Made by a program: the position numbers and the translations under genes. Of a stretch of DNA of 64,000 nucleotides, positions 12,441 to 25,276 are shown in pieces (within the stretch, counting starts at the first letter, position 1; every line of letters begins with the position of its first letter). The notes below the pieces were generated by a model. That model made no database searches, was not told the origin of the DNA, and was given only the letters and a program-made list of their open reading frames with translations. Source of the DNA: Eledone cirrhosa (taxonomy: Eukaryota); assembly GCA_964016885.1 (NCBI GenBank), contig OZ024746.1:7068001-7132000 (forward strand), read 5' to 3'.

Positions 12441-13163
12441 TTTTGCTTGTTTTAATAATACTAAAATATCCTAAGCTAAACTACAACCTACCCTGGCAAA
12501 ATAATGTTGTGATGTGTGAGTGTATCGAAAGAATGGCAATTATAAGACTGCCATAGAATAAAGATTCTCCAATTGTGGGAAGAGATGATATAACAGCTAG
12601 CATATAAACAAACATTACATTTATTACCTATATACTATATATTCTCATGTATAAGTCACCCTCTACTATTTTATATCTGAGAAATGGGCAAAAATTACAC
12701 CGTGTATAAGTTGATGCAGTTAATCAACACATTAGATGACATTGTGAATTCTTACAAGTGGAGAATATTTTTATGAAATTCAGATATTTTGAAATTTAAA
12801 ATTGTTTTAACTCTTTTGACACCAACCCGGCCCTGGTTCTACGAAAGAAATGATTCCTATATAAATTTATATCTTCCAACATGACATTATACAAGAACCA
12901 TATTTTAAGTTATTATATTAGAAACAAAATAATTTATAATTTGAGTAAATCCTTTAAAATTTTGTAATAATTAATTGAAAGAAAGTATATTTCATTATAA
13001 ATACTAGCAGAAAAACCACAATTCGGGTGGTTTTTTGCTAGCATGTGTAGTATGTATATTGATATTATACGCAAGTATATATGATCAAATAAAATCGTAA
13101 TTGACAATATACACAGAAATTGAACGAAGACTGCGTTACACTGTCTTAAGTAATCAGTAACGT

Positions 13164-14341
13164 AATCCATGATACATTAAAGGGACTAGAAAGAAAGGGT
13201 CTCAAAGTCAATATGACAAAGACTAAGGTCCTTGTAAGTAGACGAGAAAACAGAACCCAGATCCCCTCAGGGAAATGGCCTTGCTCAGTATGTAGGAACT
13301 CCATTCTCTGCCCCAAATGCAAACAATGGGTACACAAGAGATGTAGCGGGATCTCAGGAAGCTAATTAAGAATGTAGGATTCACATGCAGCAGCTGTGCT
13401 GAGACAGCAAACAGCAAACAGCCACAGGAAACAAGTACCACCAATCTCTGGGAGGGCCCTGTAGAAACAGTTGACAGCTTCTGCTACCTAGGTGACCGAA
13501 TTAGCAACGGGGGTGGGTGTTCAGAAAGTGCAATAACTAGGGTAATAACGGGATGGAAGAAGTTTAGGGAACTACTACCACTGCTAGCTGCAAAAGGCTT
13601 CTCCCTCAGAATGAAAGGCAGACTGTATGATGCGTGTATCCGAACAGCGATGTTGCATGGTAGCGAGACCTGGGCGCTGAAGGTGGGAGAAACGAAGCCT
13701 GCATGCTCCGATGGATGTGTAACAATAATATACGTGAACGACAAAGCATAAATGAATTGAGAGAGAGACTGAGCATAAGAGGAATCAAATGCTGTGTGCA
13801 GGAGAGGCGGCTGCGCTGGTATGGACATGTGATGCGTATGAAGGATGATAGCTGCATAAAAAGGTGCAGAGCACTAGAAGTTGATGGAAACCGCGGAGTG
13901 GGGAGACCCAAGATGACCTGGGATGAGGTGATAAAAGCCGACCTTACCCAATTACACCTCTCAAAGACAATGACACACGACCGTGACTTCTGGCGTCACG
14001 CAGTAATACAGAGTACCCGACCTCCCATGGGTACAAGCTGAAGCATATAGACAATATGCCCCCACCGCAAGGTGGTCGTGGAGGTGCCACGGAAAAAAAG
14101 CACCCAGCCCACACTGTAAAGTGGACGTGTAGGCGCCACGAAAAAAGTACCCAGCACTCACTGTAAATGAGGTTGGTGTTAGGAAGGGCATCCAGCTGTA
14201 GAAACCAAGCCAAATCAGTTCCTGTATGAGCAAGGCATGGTCAGCCGACCAGACACTGCCCACAACAGGACAACTCGTCTAACCCATGCTAGCGTGGAAG
14301 AACGGACGTAAAACGGTGATGATGATGATGATGATGATGAT
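13164..14341 (+). mobile_element. RTE LINE-derived composite element: decayed RT C-terminus plus SINE-like 3' module and (GAT)n tail
   Basis: GLKVNMTKTKVL, FCYLGD and RRLRWYGHVMR motifs with frameshifts; the 3' about 300 bp is shared with copies at 9946 and 39373. Confidence 0.85.
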
Positions 14342-14849
14342 TAAAAAAAGACGATATTATATATAAACTGCATTAGGAGAAAATTAGTGACAGAAATATA
14401 TGAATATTTATTTAAACGATCGCTAACCGGAAGTGTTGACATTTGAAAATTTTACGGAAGTGAATCTTTAAATAAGTAATAAAATATATTTAATGAACAG
14501 CCATGAAATTTAGTAGATAAATTATGTAATATTCATTCATTATTTATTCAAAGTAATTCATGTTTCTCTACATTTTTCTTGACTTCCTTTTAGCTACAAC
14601 AATAACCTTACCTTCTAAATGTAACAGATTTTTATTTCACATACTCTCGGTCACCCTATGACCTTTTCAGCCGACCCTTGTACATATTTATATATACAAA
14701 TAGTAGAGAAAAGAAAATGGTAAAGATGCTTGAATATAAGATTCTAAAACAACATGAGTTTATTTCAATTTTATGTAATAATTGAGTTTCAAAGTTTGTC
14801 TCTCCCATTTTTTTAAAGGTTAACACAACTTTCATAACACTTTTGATTT

Positions 14850-15185
14850 CCATGTGTCTAACACACACGTGGGTATGCCAACAAAGTCAGAAAGCAGCAC
14901 AGCTCCCCTTTTTTCACACTCAGAGTTACTGAAGCATGGAACAAACTCCCTGCATCAGTTGTTAGCTGTCGAGACACTGCATCCTTTAAAACCTCCATGC
15001 TTCCTGAGATTCGCCAACACTACACCTGATATTCCCCCGCCATACACACGCTCACGTCTTTCATGACTCCGTACACTGTTCATTTTCCTGACATTTGTTC
15101 ATTATTTTATGTACTATACATGCACCTTTGATGAGCTATAGTGCACCTGAGCACTGTACACAATAATTTCATTATTATTATTATA
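14850..15185 (+). mobile_element. CR1-clade LINE 3' end
   Basis: TRG...KVRKQHS / FFTLRVTEAWNKLPASVVSCRDTASFK followed by an (ATT)n tail. Confidence 0.7.
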
Positions 15186-15355
15186 TTGTAATGATTCTCA
15201 GCTCTTCTAGGTACAATGTAGATTTGACATAAACATAGCTATTGTCTCTGATCAAATACACTGAATTATCACTGCAGACGAGTGTTGAAAAGTACTTTGG
15301 TGAAGAGAAGAAAGGACGTGTTTATATCAAATAACTAATTATATGTAGTGTAATT

Positions 15356-15847
15356 TTAACCCTTTAATTTCCAACCCAAGCCCAAACCAGCTCTGGTTCT
15401 ATGAAATAAAACCACTCATTTTAACCCTTTAGTTACCAACCTGGCCAAAATCAGCTCTGGTTCTATGAAATAAAACCAGATATTTTAACCCTTTAATTAC
15501 CAACTTGCCCCCAAATCAGCTCTGGTTTTATGAAAACAACCCATTTTAACCCTTTAGTTACCAACCTGGCCAAAACTAGCTCTGGTTCTATGAAATAAAA
15601 CCACCTATTTTAACCCTTTAGTTACCAACCCAGCTAAAACCAGCTCTGGTTCTATGAAATAAAACCACCCATTTTAAAGGTTTCCATTTCAAATTAAAAT
15701 CTTCCAACATAATTTTATATAAGAACCTTACATTAAGTTACTATCTTAGTAATGAAATAATTAATAATTTTAGTAAATCCATCAAAATTCTTTATTAATT
15801 AATTAAAATAGTGTATTTCATTAGAAATGTGGTCATGAAACGGTTAA
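15356..15847. mobile_element. piggyBac-like MITE family A with 5 tandem copies of its terminal about 64 bp
   Basis: Same structure as 54731-55226, with more diverged units. Confidence 0.85.
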
Positions 15848-17904
15848 AATAAGAGAGAATGTGTGAGTGTTTGATGGCACGTTATTTAAATTAACCAACC
15901 ATGTTCAGATGTTTTTACATTTTTTAAAAGTTTAATATTTATCGAAAACGTTTTTTTCAATATGTTACATGAATGCAAATTTGTAAGGAAATAAAAACAA
16001 AAAAAATAATAGTTTACAAATGAAATACTATTTTCTCTCCCCCAACCATTTAGAGTAGCTAGCAAGCAGATGAAGCATAAAAACAAATACAAACTCACTA
16101 TAACACTTTATTATACAATATGCAGTGTACACAAATTAAGATATAGATAGAACAACAAAACTATATTGATTGTTTATTAAATTTACATGATACACCATGT
16201 CTAGATGTCAAGACTAAGAGAGGTTTTAGTGTCTAAAATTCACTGAAGTCACACAAATGAAAAAAAGTAGAAAATTTATACTTTCTAAATATATTTATTG
16301 TTTTACCATTTTACTGAGAGGATAGGGATATCTAGAAAATAGTCATGTGGATAATGTGTTGTTTTTTTCAAGTCTTGTTGGTATGAAAACATAGTCAGGA
16401 AAGGAATGTGAAAGGCATGCAATGTTGAGACATAAAGAAGCAAAGTGAGATCTAATGAGTGATTCCATATAGGGATACAGGAGGTAGATTTAGAAGGAAG
16501 TGATATACGTATGTATGATATATATATATATAAAGTGGTTCAGTAGATTCATGGTTTACTGAAGAAGGTACCAAATTCAGCACTATGCTATGGCAGAGTA
16601 TATAATATTAAGAACAAAACGAGATTTCACATTAAGATCTTTATTAATTATGCACAGTTATGACCATTTCACAGATGGCTGGCTCAGGATCCATGTTAAT
16701 GCTATAGACCCAACCCCAGCCTGAACTACTCACACTTGTTAAGTAAAACCAAAATCTCATCTGTGTAACAGTTGTAACTATGTATAATCAATAAAGACCT
16801 TAATGTGAAACCTCGTTTTGTTCTTTATATATATATATATATATGTATATATATACACACACACACACACATATATATATAGAGAGAGAGAGATACATAC
16901 ACAGTAAGTACAGAAGAATCAGAGAGTGTTGTTTTGTATGGTTGTGTGTATGTTTTTCCTTAACAGTAGGGAAGACATAGGTGAATGTTTGGTAAATATT
17001 TGAAGACTGTTAATGACTGAAGATTATTTGCCTGCCATGTGGACGGCTAAATTTGAATAGTCCTGAATATGTATGTAGTGACTGCATTATCTCAAACATG
17101 TGAGCAGTACTTCAGTGTAGAGTGATACTTCAGTGTAGAGTAAATCTGCACTTTGGTGAACAGCGATGCAATCTTCATTGTGTGGCTGTCACCACAATAG
17201 ATTGAAAGTCTAACATTATGAAATAAGTGGTATAGTCTTAGCTGTATTGTTCACAAGTATTGAAGATGTAGCGCTGTCATTTTTCCTCTCTGAGATTCGG
17301 TGCAGTTGAAGAAATGTTGTCAACTTTTCTTGTGGGATGTTTTCAGATGTTCCTTTTTGGAGGATCTGCGTGTCTGCAGAGAGAATACAGGTTGATGATG
17401 CTCAATTGCAGAAGAAGACAGAAAGAGGTGTTCCATCAATATATGCCATGATGGAGCAGCATGATAGGAAACATCTGGTTCAGCTTGTTAGTAAAATGTC
17501 TACAACTGCACTAGGTTAGTCATTAAAAAGATTAGATTAGTGAGGGGGGTGGGTGTCAGCAGAAATCAGATAGGAATACCATAATAGTTTTTTTTTAGAG
17601 AAGTGGTGATTTGAACATGCATGTGTTTTCATATCTTCCTCCCTACCTCTCTCTCTCACACACACACAGTGTTGACAAGACATCCATCTTCTAGATTGTC
17701 AATTTAACAAGTTATCTATAGCTATCTATCTTATTTTCAGGTAATAAAAACAACATCTATCTATCTTCCTACCTATATGTCTACCTACCTATCTATCTTT
17801 GTATTTACCTACGTATCTGTTTACCTACCTATCTATCTTTGTATTTACCTACGTATCTGTTTACCTACCTTCCTATCTGTCTATCTATGTATCTGATTCT
17901 TTTT

Positions 17905-18258
17905 TTCAAATACCACTTTGGAAGAAGAGTCAGGATGGAGAGAGAGGTGCTCTACCCCAGCAAGTTTTATGAAAGGTGGGTGAAAGTGGTGAGAATGGCC
18001 CGAGTGAATGGGCCTTCTCTCTATATCAGCCTGTAGGTTGAGGAAAAAGAGGAAGAGAGGAAAGGGGTACAAACTCTTCATACTCCTGGAGATGAGGGTT
18101 GCACATTTTTTTCGGGGGTATGTGCTACCCATATGAACTGTCTCCCCCTATTGGGGAAAATCGATTAACTTTTAATTTACAATCGTGACAACATTTTACA
18201 CGTTTTTATTGTATGTAAACTCCCCCCCTTTTGTGCCCTTGTGGCTAATAAAGAAACA
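17905..18258 (+). mobile_element. Tx1/L1-like LINE 3' relic
   Basis: FKYHFGRRVRMEREVL...F.ERW resembles Tx1-type ORF2 C-termini; AATAAA at the end. Confidence 0.45.
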
Positions 18259-20790
18259 TATCTATGTATATTTTACCAATGTATCTATTTTCGGAGGAGA
18301 AGAACAACATGAACTTTCCAAGTGGAACTTGAAACATTAATCTTAAATTCATACAGTACACCTAGCAAACCATTATTTCTTTACCCCCTCCCCTGCCCTT
18401 TATCATAATCGCTTCTATATTATGGTTGATATACTTTTATAAAGTCATCTTCAGTTACAAGTGAACTCACAGTTCCTTACAACTGCAATTTTATCCAAAA
18501 ACCCACTGTTGAATTATATAGCAACCTTAATAAAATATAGACAAGAAAATTAGGAAAAAATGAGATTAACAGTAAAAGCAATCTATGCTGGTCCTGATCA
18601 CTTATAGTTTATCATAAATAATTGAAGAATGTCAGTGACCTAGTATTGATTTTTTTAATATTATATCACACATTTTGTGAAGAGCCTAATCACTGGTTTA
18701 CTACATTTACAGTGGAGAGAAGGAATGTCTGTGTATCAAGGGGAAGGAAATACAAATACCACAAAATAGTATTCAAAAGTACCGTTTTAGCATTGGGATG
18801 GGGACAGTATCTGTATCTTTTGATACACACACAGGCAGTTTTCGGTCAATAAAATTACACCCAGAAGACAATGGTCAAGCAGAGTATATAGTAGAAGACA
18901 CAAAGCCAGGTGACTGAAAACCGAGTTCTTTAACCATGCAGTCAGACCTATACCATACAACTAGCAATTTCTTTACATTGCTATAAACACCTTGTTAAGT
19001 ACTTCTGATAGGGAATTACATATATTGTTTGGTGCAGTAACTGTCAGGTTTCAAGATGCAAAGAGATAAGTACAATATTTTTACTGAGATTAGAGTGTTA
19101 CTGTTAAGAGAAGCAGGGATTTGTTAATTGGAAAAGCAGGAAAAGGTATGGAACAGAAAGTGAATATCAAAAGTTGGTTGAAGTAAATAAAATCTAACCT
19201 AAAAACAATTCAATACTCAACTATAATCACTAGAATTCAAAAGGATTAGTAGTGGTTGGTATTGACAAGAGTCAATTTAGTGAGAAACAAAAAATCTGTT
19301 ACACAATTATGATAAAAATATTTACCAAACTGTGAGCACAGTAAATATTACTCTTACCTCATTGATATGTTTACTATCTATGTCTTACTCCTGTTTACAC
19401 AGTTATATGTTGTTTAATGGCAAGATAAGGTTGGAGAAAACTTGGGCTGCTAGATGTTATGGCTGACTGTACATATAAATGTACTTTTTTTCAGTTTATT
19501 TGTTTGATGCCAGTTTTCTAGGTAGCTGATGAAGGTTTGGAGTAGCTGTGCATCAATGTCTTAGGAATGGTGAGCAGTAGTTAACTGTTTCTTGTTTTTA
19601 ACCTTATATCCATTTAAGGTTGATAAAAAAAAGTACCAGTCAAGTACTGGAGTTGATTCTTCCTCTATATCTCTCTCTCACTTTCTATCCTTCTCTGGAA
19701 GAAATCTACTGTATTCAGACCTGGAGAGGAGATAGGCTCTGCCAGGTTTAAAAATGCCCTAGAAACGTTGTATGTCAATATGGTGGCCCTATGACTCAAG
19801 TGTTACAGGTCCATACATAAAATAAATGACATCATTATTGGAGCTGAGAATTTCAATGGAAAGTCAATAGCACTACTTATACTTTTTTAAGTTATGTACC
19901 ATTTTGATTGGAGATATATTTAGATATGATTTCGGTACTTTGTATAGTCTTTATATTTTCTACGGTATCAGTCTATTTTGTAGAGAATAAGTTTTTTTCA
20001 ATGCTTAGTTACACATGGAACTGTTTACTGTATCAATCTGAGTAGTGACTTTACTCTGTGAAATTTTGATCACTCAACCAACATTCCATAACCAACCCAT
20101 CCCTTTTAGTATTGCATTATTCAATAGAGTGGTTGGTGATAGGAAGGGCATTCAGCTGTAGAAAGCTTGCCAAACAAAAGATTGAGAGGACCCTCAGTTG
20201 TGTCAAGGACATCCTTCCTAGTGCTGTGATTTACACCATAAAAGCACTCACTATATGCTGTAAAATGATTAAACAATGATGATGATGATGATATATAATG
20301 GTGCATTTGTATTATGTGTGTGCACACATGCACATGCATATATAGTGTGCATGCATATAAAGAGTGTACACACATGCATATTCAGACACTTGGAACAAAA
20401 CATATTTTTATATTATCAGTTACTCTCAGGTCTCGGATAATCACCCTGCCCTTATTATTTTTTCAGATTCCCCCAACGCCACCCAGCTTATTAATTTTTT
20501 GCTAATCTATCTTTGGAAAAATTTTATTTTAAGTGGTAGCATTCTTACGACAATTAATTTTCTTTTTACATGACAAAAGAAGAACATTACAAGAAATCAC
20601 ATACGTTATAAAATAGGATACGCTGGAGTTTCAATATGTAAACTAAACAACTAATTCTGTTTTTTTTTTTTAAACTCAACGGAGACAACCTAGAAAAATT
20701 ATCGATGTTCCAACCCCTCCTCCACTTATTCCAACCCATTCCTATAATTTGGGACCCGAGAGTAATTCAATTCTAAATATATTTATATGT

Positions 20791-21007
20791 TTAACCTTTT
20801 AGCATTTAAACCGGCTGTATCCGCTCAGAATTCTCTCACCCTTTTCTGTTCAAACCAGATGTAACCAGCCACTCATACTGATGTTAAGGTATTGTTCTCA
20901 AAATAAACCCAATATCAAAATCTCATAGATTCTATATTATGTGAGGTAAAGCTTTTACCACAAAAATATAATAGTATATATAGAGTAATGTAAATGCTAA
21001 AGGGTTA
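20791..21007. mobile_element. piggyBac-like MITE, family B (TIR CCCTTTAGCATTTA)
   Basis: ttaaccttttagcattta...taaatgctaaagggttaa; other copies at 11230-11443, 23556-23773 and 62251-62415. Confidence 0.75.
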
Positions 21008-21036
21008 AATGAAAATCAATTCTAAAAACAACTCAC

Positions 21037-21218
21037 CTCTAGGTTTAGAAGGCTTCTTCTTCAGTTTAGATCCAGCTAGTTTTGCATCTTTGTTGGCTAC
21101 AATGATGGGATCAACAAATGCCACAAATAAACTGTGACCGAGGTATTTAGCTTTGTCATATTTTTCAATAGCCATACAAGGATCTTGTAAGTTAGAAAAA
21201 TAAAGAAAAGCCTGAGTG
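21037..21218 (-). CDS. RRM gene exon 8: STQAFLYFSNLQDPCMAIEKYDKAKYLGHSLFVAF...KKKPSKPR (RRM2 RNP1 to beta 4)
   Basis: tttattttcag acceptor, G|gtgagt donor; 182 nt, phase 2 to 1; QAFLYF is RNP1-like. Confidence 0.85.
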
Positions 21219-21374
21219 CTGAAAATAAAATTTGAAAAGTTCAATTCAGTTATACAATATACAATAATAATGAGTGAAAGTAGAAACTAAACAAACCATA
21301 TGCACCCACTCTTTTACCTCATTTAACTAACTCTCAACTGTTCCTTCCCCTTTTTAGGGTTTTTAGAGGCCCCA

Positions 21375-21911
21375 ACCAGCTGAGCTATGGCCAGGCTAAA
21401 CCACCAGCTGAGCTAGAGCCAGGTTGAATCACCAGCTGAGCTATGGTCAGACTGAACCACTAGCTGAGCTATGGCCAGGCTAAACCACCAGCTGAGCTAT
21501 GGTCAGGCTGATCACTAGCTGAGCTATGGCCAGGCTGAACCACCAGCTGAGCTATGGTCAGACTGAATCACTGAGCTATAGTCAGGCTGAATCACTAGCT
21601 GAGCTATGGTCAGACTGAATCACTGAGCTATAGTCAGGCTGAATCACTAGCTGAGCTATAGTCAGGCTGAACCACCAGCTGAGCTATGGTCAGGCTGAAA
21701 CAGTAGCTGAGCTATGACCAGGCTAAATCACTAGCTGAGCTATGGTCAGGCTAAATCACTAGCTGAGCTATGGTCAGGCTGAACCACCAGCTGAGTAATG
21801 GTAAGGCTGAACCACCAGCTGAGCTATGGTAAGGCTGAACCACCAGCTGAGCTATGGTCAGGCTAAACCACCAGCTGAGCTATGGCCAGGCTGAACCACC
21901 AGCTGAGCTAT
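21375..21911. repeat. 28-bp minisatellite (CCACCAGCTGAGCTATGGTCAGGCTGAA), about 19 degenerate copies
   Basis: Directly visible; some units are 24-bp deletion variants. Confidence 0.95.
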
Positions 21912-22463
21912 TTGTGTTTCTGTTCTCTATTTACTAACATCGTCTGAGAGTAACCAAAATAGGTTTGTGTTCATTCATTAATATTAATGTAACATCATTA
22001 ATATTTGCCATTCTTTTGTTCATTTAGGCTATCTCAGCTTATTTCTTGATCACAGTGATTGTATGATCAATCTCCAGGTATATATAATATATATCTAGTA
22101 GAAAATAATGGAGATAGTTACACAGAGATAACAGTAATACATAGTAAGAAGTTTGTGTGTATGTCTTTATTTTCCATTTTTCCACCTTAAACAGCAGCCC
22201 ATGGTCTACTATAATTAACATAGTGTTTAAAAGACAATATACAAGTGATTTTAACTAGGTGTGATAGATGAGGTGAAAAATAAGAAGCCTGACTAGACAG
22301 GTGAATTAGCAGAATTGTTAAAGTGTCATATGAGTCACGTCATATTTATTCCAGTTCTTTAATCTGTCACCCAGTTTAACACCAACACCTGACCCTTAGA
22401 ATACTCCAGTGTAATAAACATTTAAACCAGGTCTCCTGTTTGAAGTGACTATGAATTTGAAGA

Positions 22464-22650
22464 CTAAGAATTATAGAGATCGCTAAATCGCCTAATGCGG
22501 TCCCTAGGGCATTGAAAATTTGAAATATTTTTTGCTCAAAACACTCACACGACCATAAGTATTACATGTGTAAAGTTTGAAAAATATTGGTTGGGTGGTT
22601 CTCGAGTTTTAGGGGGGACAGACAGAGATTCTCTGTTTTAGATATATAGA
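22464..22650 (-). mobile_element. Possible non-autonomous Helitron-like element
   Basis: Minus strand starts A|TCTATATAT with tctgtctgtc and ends CTTAG|T; more CpG than its flanks. Confidence 0.35.
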
Positions 22651-23179
22651 TTATATATATTTTTGTTGTAAAAACTGATAATTTTTGTTTTAAAACCAGT
22701 ACAATGTGGTAGAAGCATATAAAGGGCAAATAATGACAAATAAAACAAAACAAAGTAATGTTTTACCCAGTGTATTTTAGCATGATATTTCAGGACTATT
22801 GTCCTCTTTTTAGATGAAAACTGAAAATCCAAAGCAAAACTAATGAGTGATCAGAGTTTTCTTCCCTGACTAGTCTATGTATTTGAAAAATGTATAGGCA
22901 AGCATGGTTGCTATAGTAACCATTCTGCCTCGTATATTTCAAACCTTTTATTTAACTCTGGTTTGATTCAACTGATGAAAATGAATTCCTTAATCCTTAA
23001 ATTATTTTTGTTGTTTTTTTTAATAGCTTGGACATCAATCTTGTCATATTACTGACAATAAATTAAATTCACATCAATACATATATTAATAAACAATCTG
23101 TATAATAGATATAAAAGTTACAAATTTAAATGATGTTAAAAATAAATATAGAAAATAAGAATAAAATGACTGTACGAAC

Positions 23180-23256
23180 CTCCTTTTAAAGTTTGAGTTA
23201 TTTACCATTTCAATGTTTGTGACATTATAGTCCCAAAATAATGCATTCAATTCTCC
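23180..23256 (-). CDS. RRM gene exon 7: GELNALFWDYNVTNIEMVNNSNFKR (RRM2 helix 1/beta 2)
   Basis: ttttcag acceptor, AG|gttcgt donor; 77 nt, phase 0 to 2, the same exon architecture as RRM1. Confidence 0.8.
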
Positions 23257-23274
23257 CTGAAAATATTTTAAAAA

Positions 23275-23410
23275 TAATATCATGTAGGAATACTAATGTG
23301 AAAGAGGTTCAATATAATATCATGTAGGAATACTAATGTGAAAGAGGTTCAATATATATAATATCATGTAGGAATACTAATGTGAAAGAAGTCTCATATA
23401 TATAATATGA
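23275..23410. repeat. About 40-bp tandem repeat, 3 copies (ATAATATCATGTAGGAATACTAATGTGAAAGAGGTTCAAT)
   Basis: Directly visible, close to the acceptor of exon 7. Confidence 0.8.
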
Positions 23411-24477
23411 TGTAGTTATTTCTAATAAAATAACTACATATGATTTTCAATTAATTAACAATTTTGATTGAATTAGTAAAATAATTAACTTATGAATTAT
23501 TAAGATGTTTCCAAACAAAATTTTCTTACATAAAATTATGGTGGAAGATTTAAATTTAACCCTTTAGCATTTACATTACTCTATATATACTATTGTATTT
23601 TCACAGTAAAGGTTTTACCTTACATAATATCTCACATAATATTGAATCTATGAGATTTTGGTATTATTTATTTTGAGAACAATACTTTAACCTAAGTATG
23701 AATGGGTAGATACAGCTGGTTTGAACAGAAAGAGGTGAAGGAATTCTGGCCGGTTTAAATGCTAAAGCGTTAACTTTTAACATCTTGTAATGATTTAGCA
23801 GAAAATATCTAAAAAAGGATTTGTTAATTCAAATGCTTGTAGTGTCTAATGTCTTTACTATTGGACAGATTACTGTGAAAATATATAATATATAGTAAGG
23901 ACTTTTAATGTGATGCAGTTATTAGATCTATTTTATACATCTTCAAGACTACGGTTTCATGTGGTACAGAACATCAACACTTTCAAACAGGGACAGTTCC
24001 ATGTGGTTTGTTATCAGAAGGGTTAAAGACTTTACAAATATGAAACAAAAGATTATAGTGATTGGAAGTGAAGCAAACCAATAGCAAATATTTGATGGCA
24101 ACCAATGAGAATACAAAGTTTGTTTAACCCTTTCATGACCGTATTTCTAATGAAATACACTCTATTTTAACTAATTAATGAAGAAATTTGGGGGATTTAC
24201 TAAAATTAATTATTTGATTACTAAGATAGTAACTTAATGTAAGGTTCTTATATAAAATTATGTTGGAAGATTTTAATTTAAATTGGAAACCTTTAAAATG
24301 GGTGACTTTATTTCATAGAACCAGAGCTGGTTTTGCCTGGGTTGGTAACTAAAGGGTTAAAATGGGTGGTTTTACTTCATATAACCAGAGCTGGTTTTGG
24401 TCAGGTTAGTAACTAAAGGGCTAAAACTGAAACGGAAATACTCAGTGTTTTGGGATATTAATGAGCTTATAACTTAC

Positions 24478-24713
24478 CTTTGTAGTTCCAAATGGAAAAT
24501 TCCCAACCAACAGTGCTATATGAGCATTTGATTTAGTTGTCATAGTATCATTGCACTTAGCATTGGTGCTTGAAAGGTTTTGTTTAGATGAATTAGCTAC
24601 TGAACGGCCAAATCCATTCGTTATAGTTCCACCAGAAAACTTGTTTAACTTTTTTGCGTTAATTACAGATTTTTGTTTATACTTATTTCGATTGTTGAAA
24701 ATACTTGAACGAT
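24478..24713 (-). CDS. RRM gene exon 6: linker plus RRM2 RNP2 (IALLVGNFPFGTTK)
   Basis: gttgcag acceptor, AAG|gtaagt donor; 236 nt, phase 1 to 0; lies within ORF 24442..24729. Confidence 0.85.
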
Positions 24714-24940
24714 CTGCAACAACAAACAAAATATATTATGAAGGTAAATAATAAATCAAAGTCTAATTTTATTTAGTTATTGATCAATACTAGTGTAACC
24801 AATAATATAACCATTTCCACCCCACACCTCCAATTCATATGAGTCACATTGTCTAGTTAACTCCAAATGGTATCAATATTTCTAAAATATTCTTGTATTA
24901 CCTTTTTAGTTATTTTCATTGAATTATTCAATCTTTAGTC

Positions 24941-25276
24941 ATTTCTGGACAAGGTAAAGACATGTTCATTTCATGCCAGACTTCAGTTTCCTTTTGGCCA
25001 TATCCATTGTCTTCTCCGTAAAGGAAACTATACCCAACGTATTTAGGCTGGGGCTCCAGTCTACTTGGCCACTGTTATGGAATATTTAGCAACTGAAGTG
25101 TTGAAATAGGCAGGAAATGCTGCCAGAGATAACAAGAAATCCAAAATTATTTCCTGTCACTTAAAATTGGTCATCCATAACAATGAAGAATTGAACAAAC
25201 TTTTGTCTGGAGTCACCATTGTCCTGGGTGGTGTTCTTCCCAACATCCAGGCAGTACCCAGAAAGCCACCAAGTAA
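24941..25276 (+). pseudogene. H2A: Histone H2A pseudogene, intronic and antisense to the RRM gene
   Basis: Translates as (I)SGQGK / [57 protein letters not shown]...[25 protein letters not shown]. Start codon lost, two stops, deletions near both ends. Confidence 0.95.

Noticed and set aside
16980-17520. Coding-like minus-strand segment (QEKLTTFLQLHR...)
   Set aside because: Multiple stops and no family I can name; probably an old transposon fragment.
19526-19610. CTGATGA hammerhead-like start
   Set aside because: No matching stem II, GAAA or stem III downstream.
22767-22820. Possible poison cassette exon between exons 7 and 8
   Set aside because: Plausible ttttcag/gtaaaa sites and an in-frame TAG, but such sites arise by chance in AT-rich introns; no other support.
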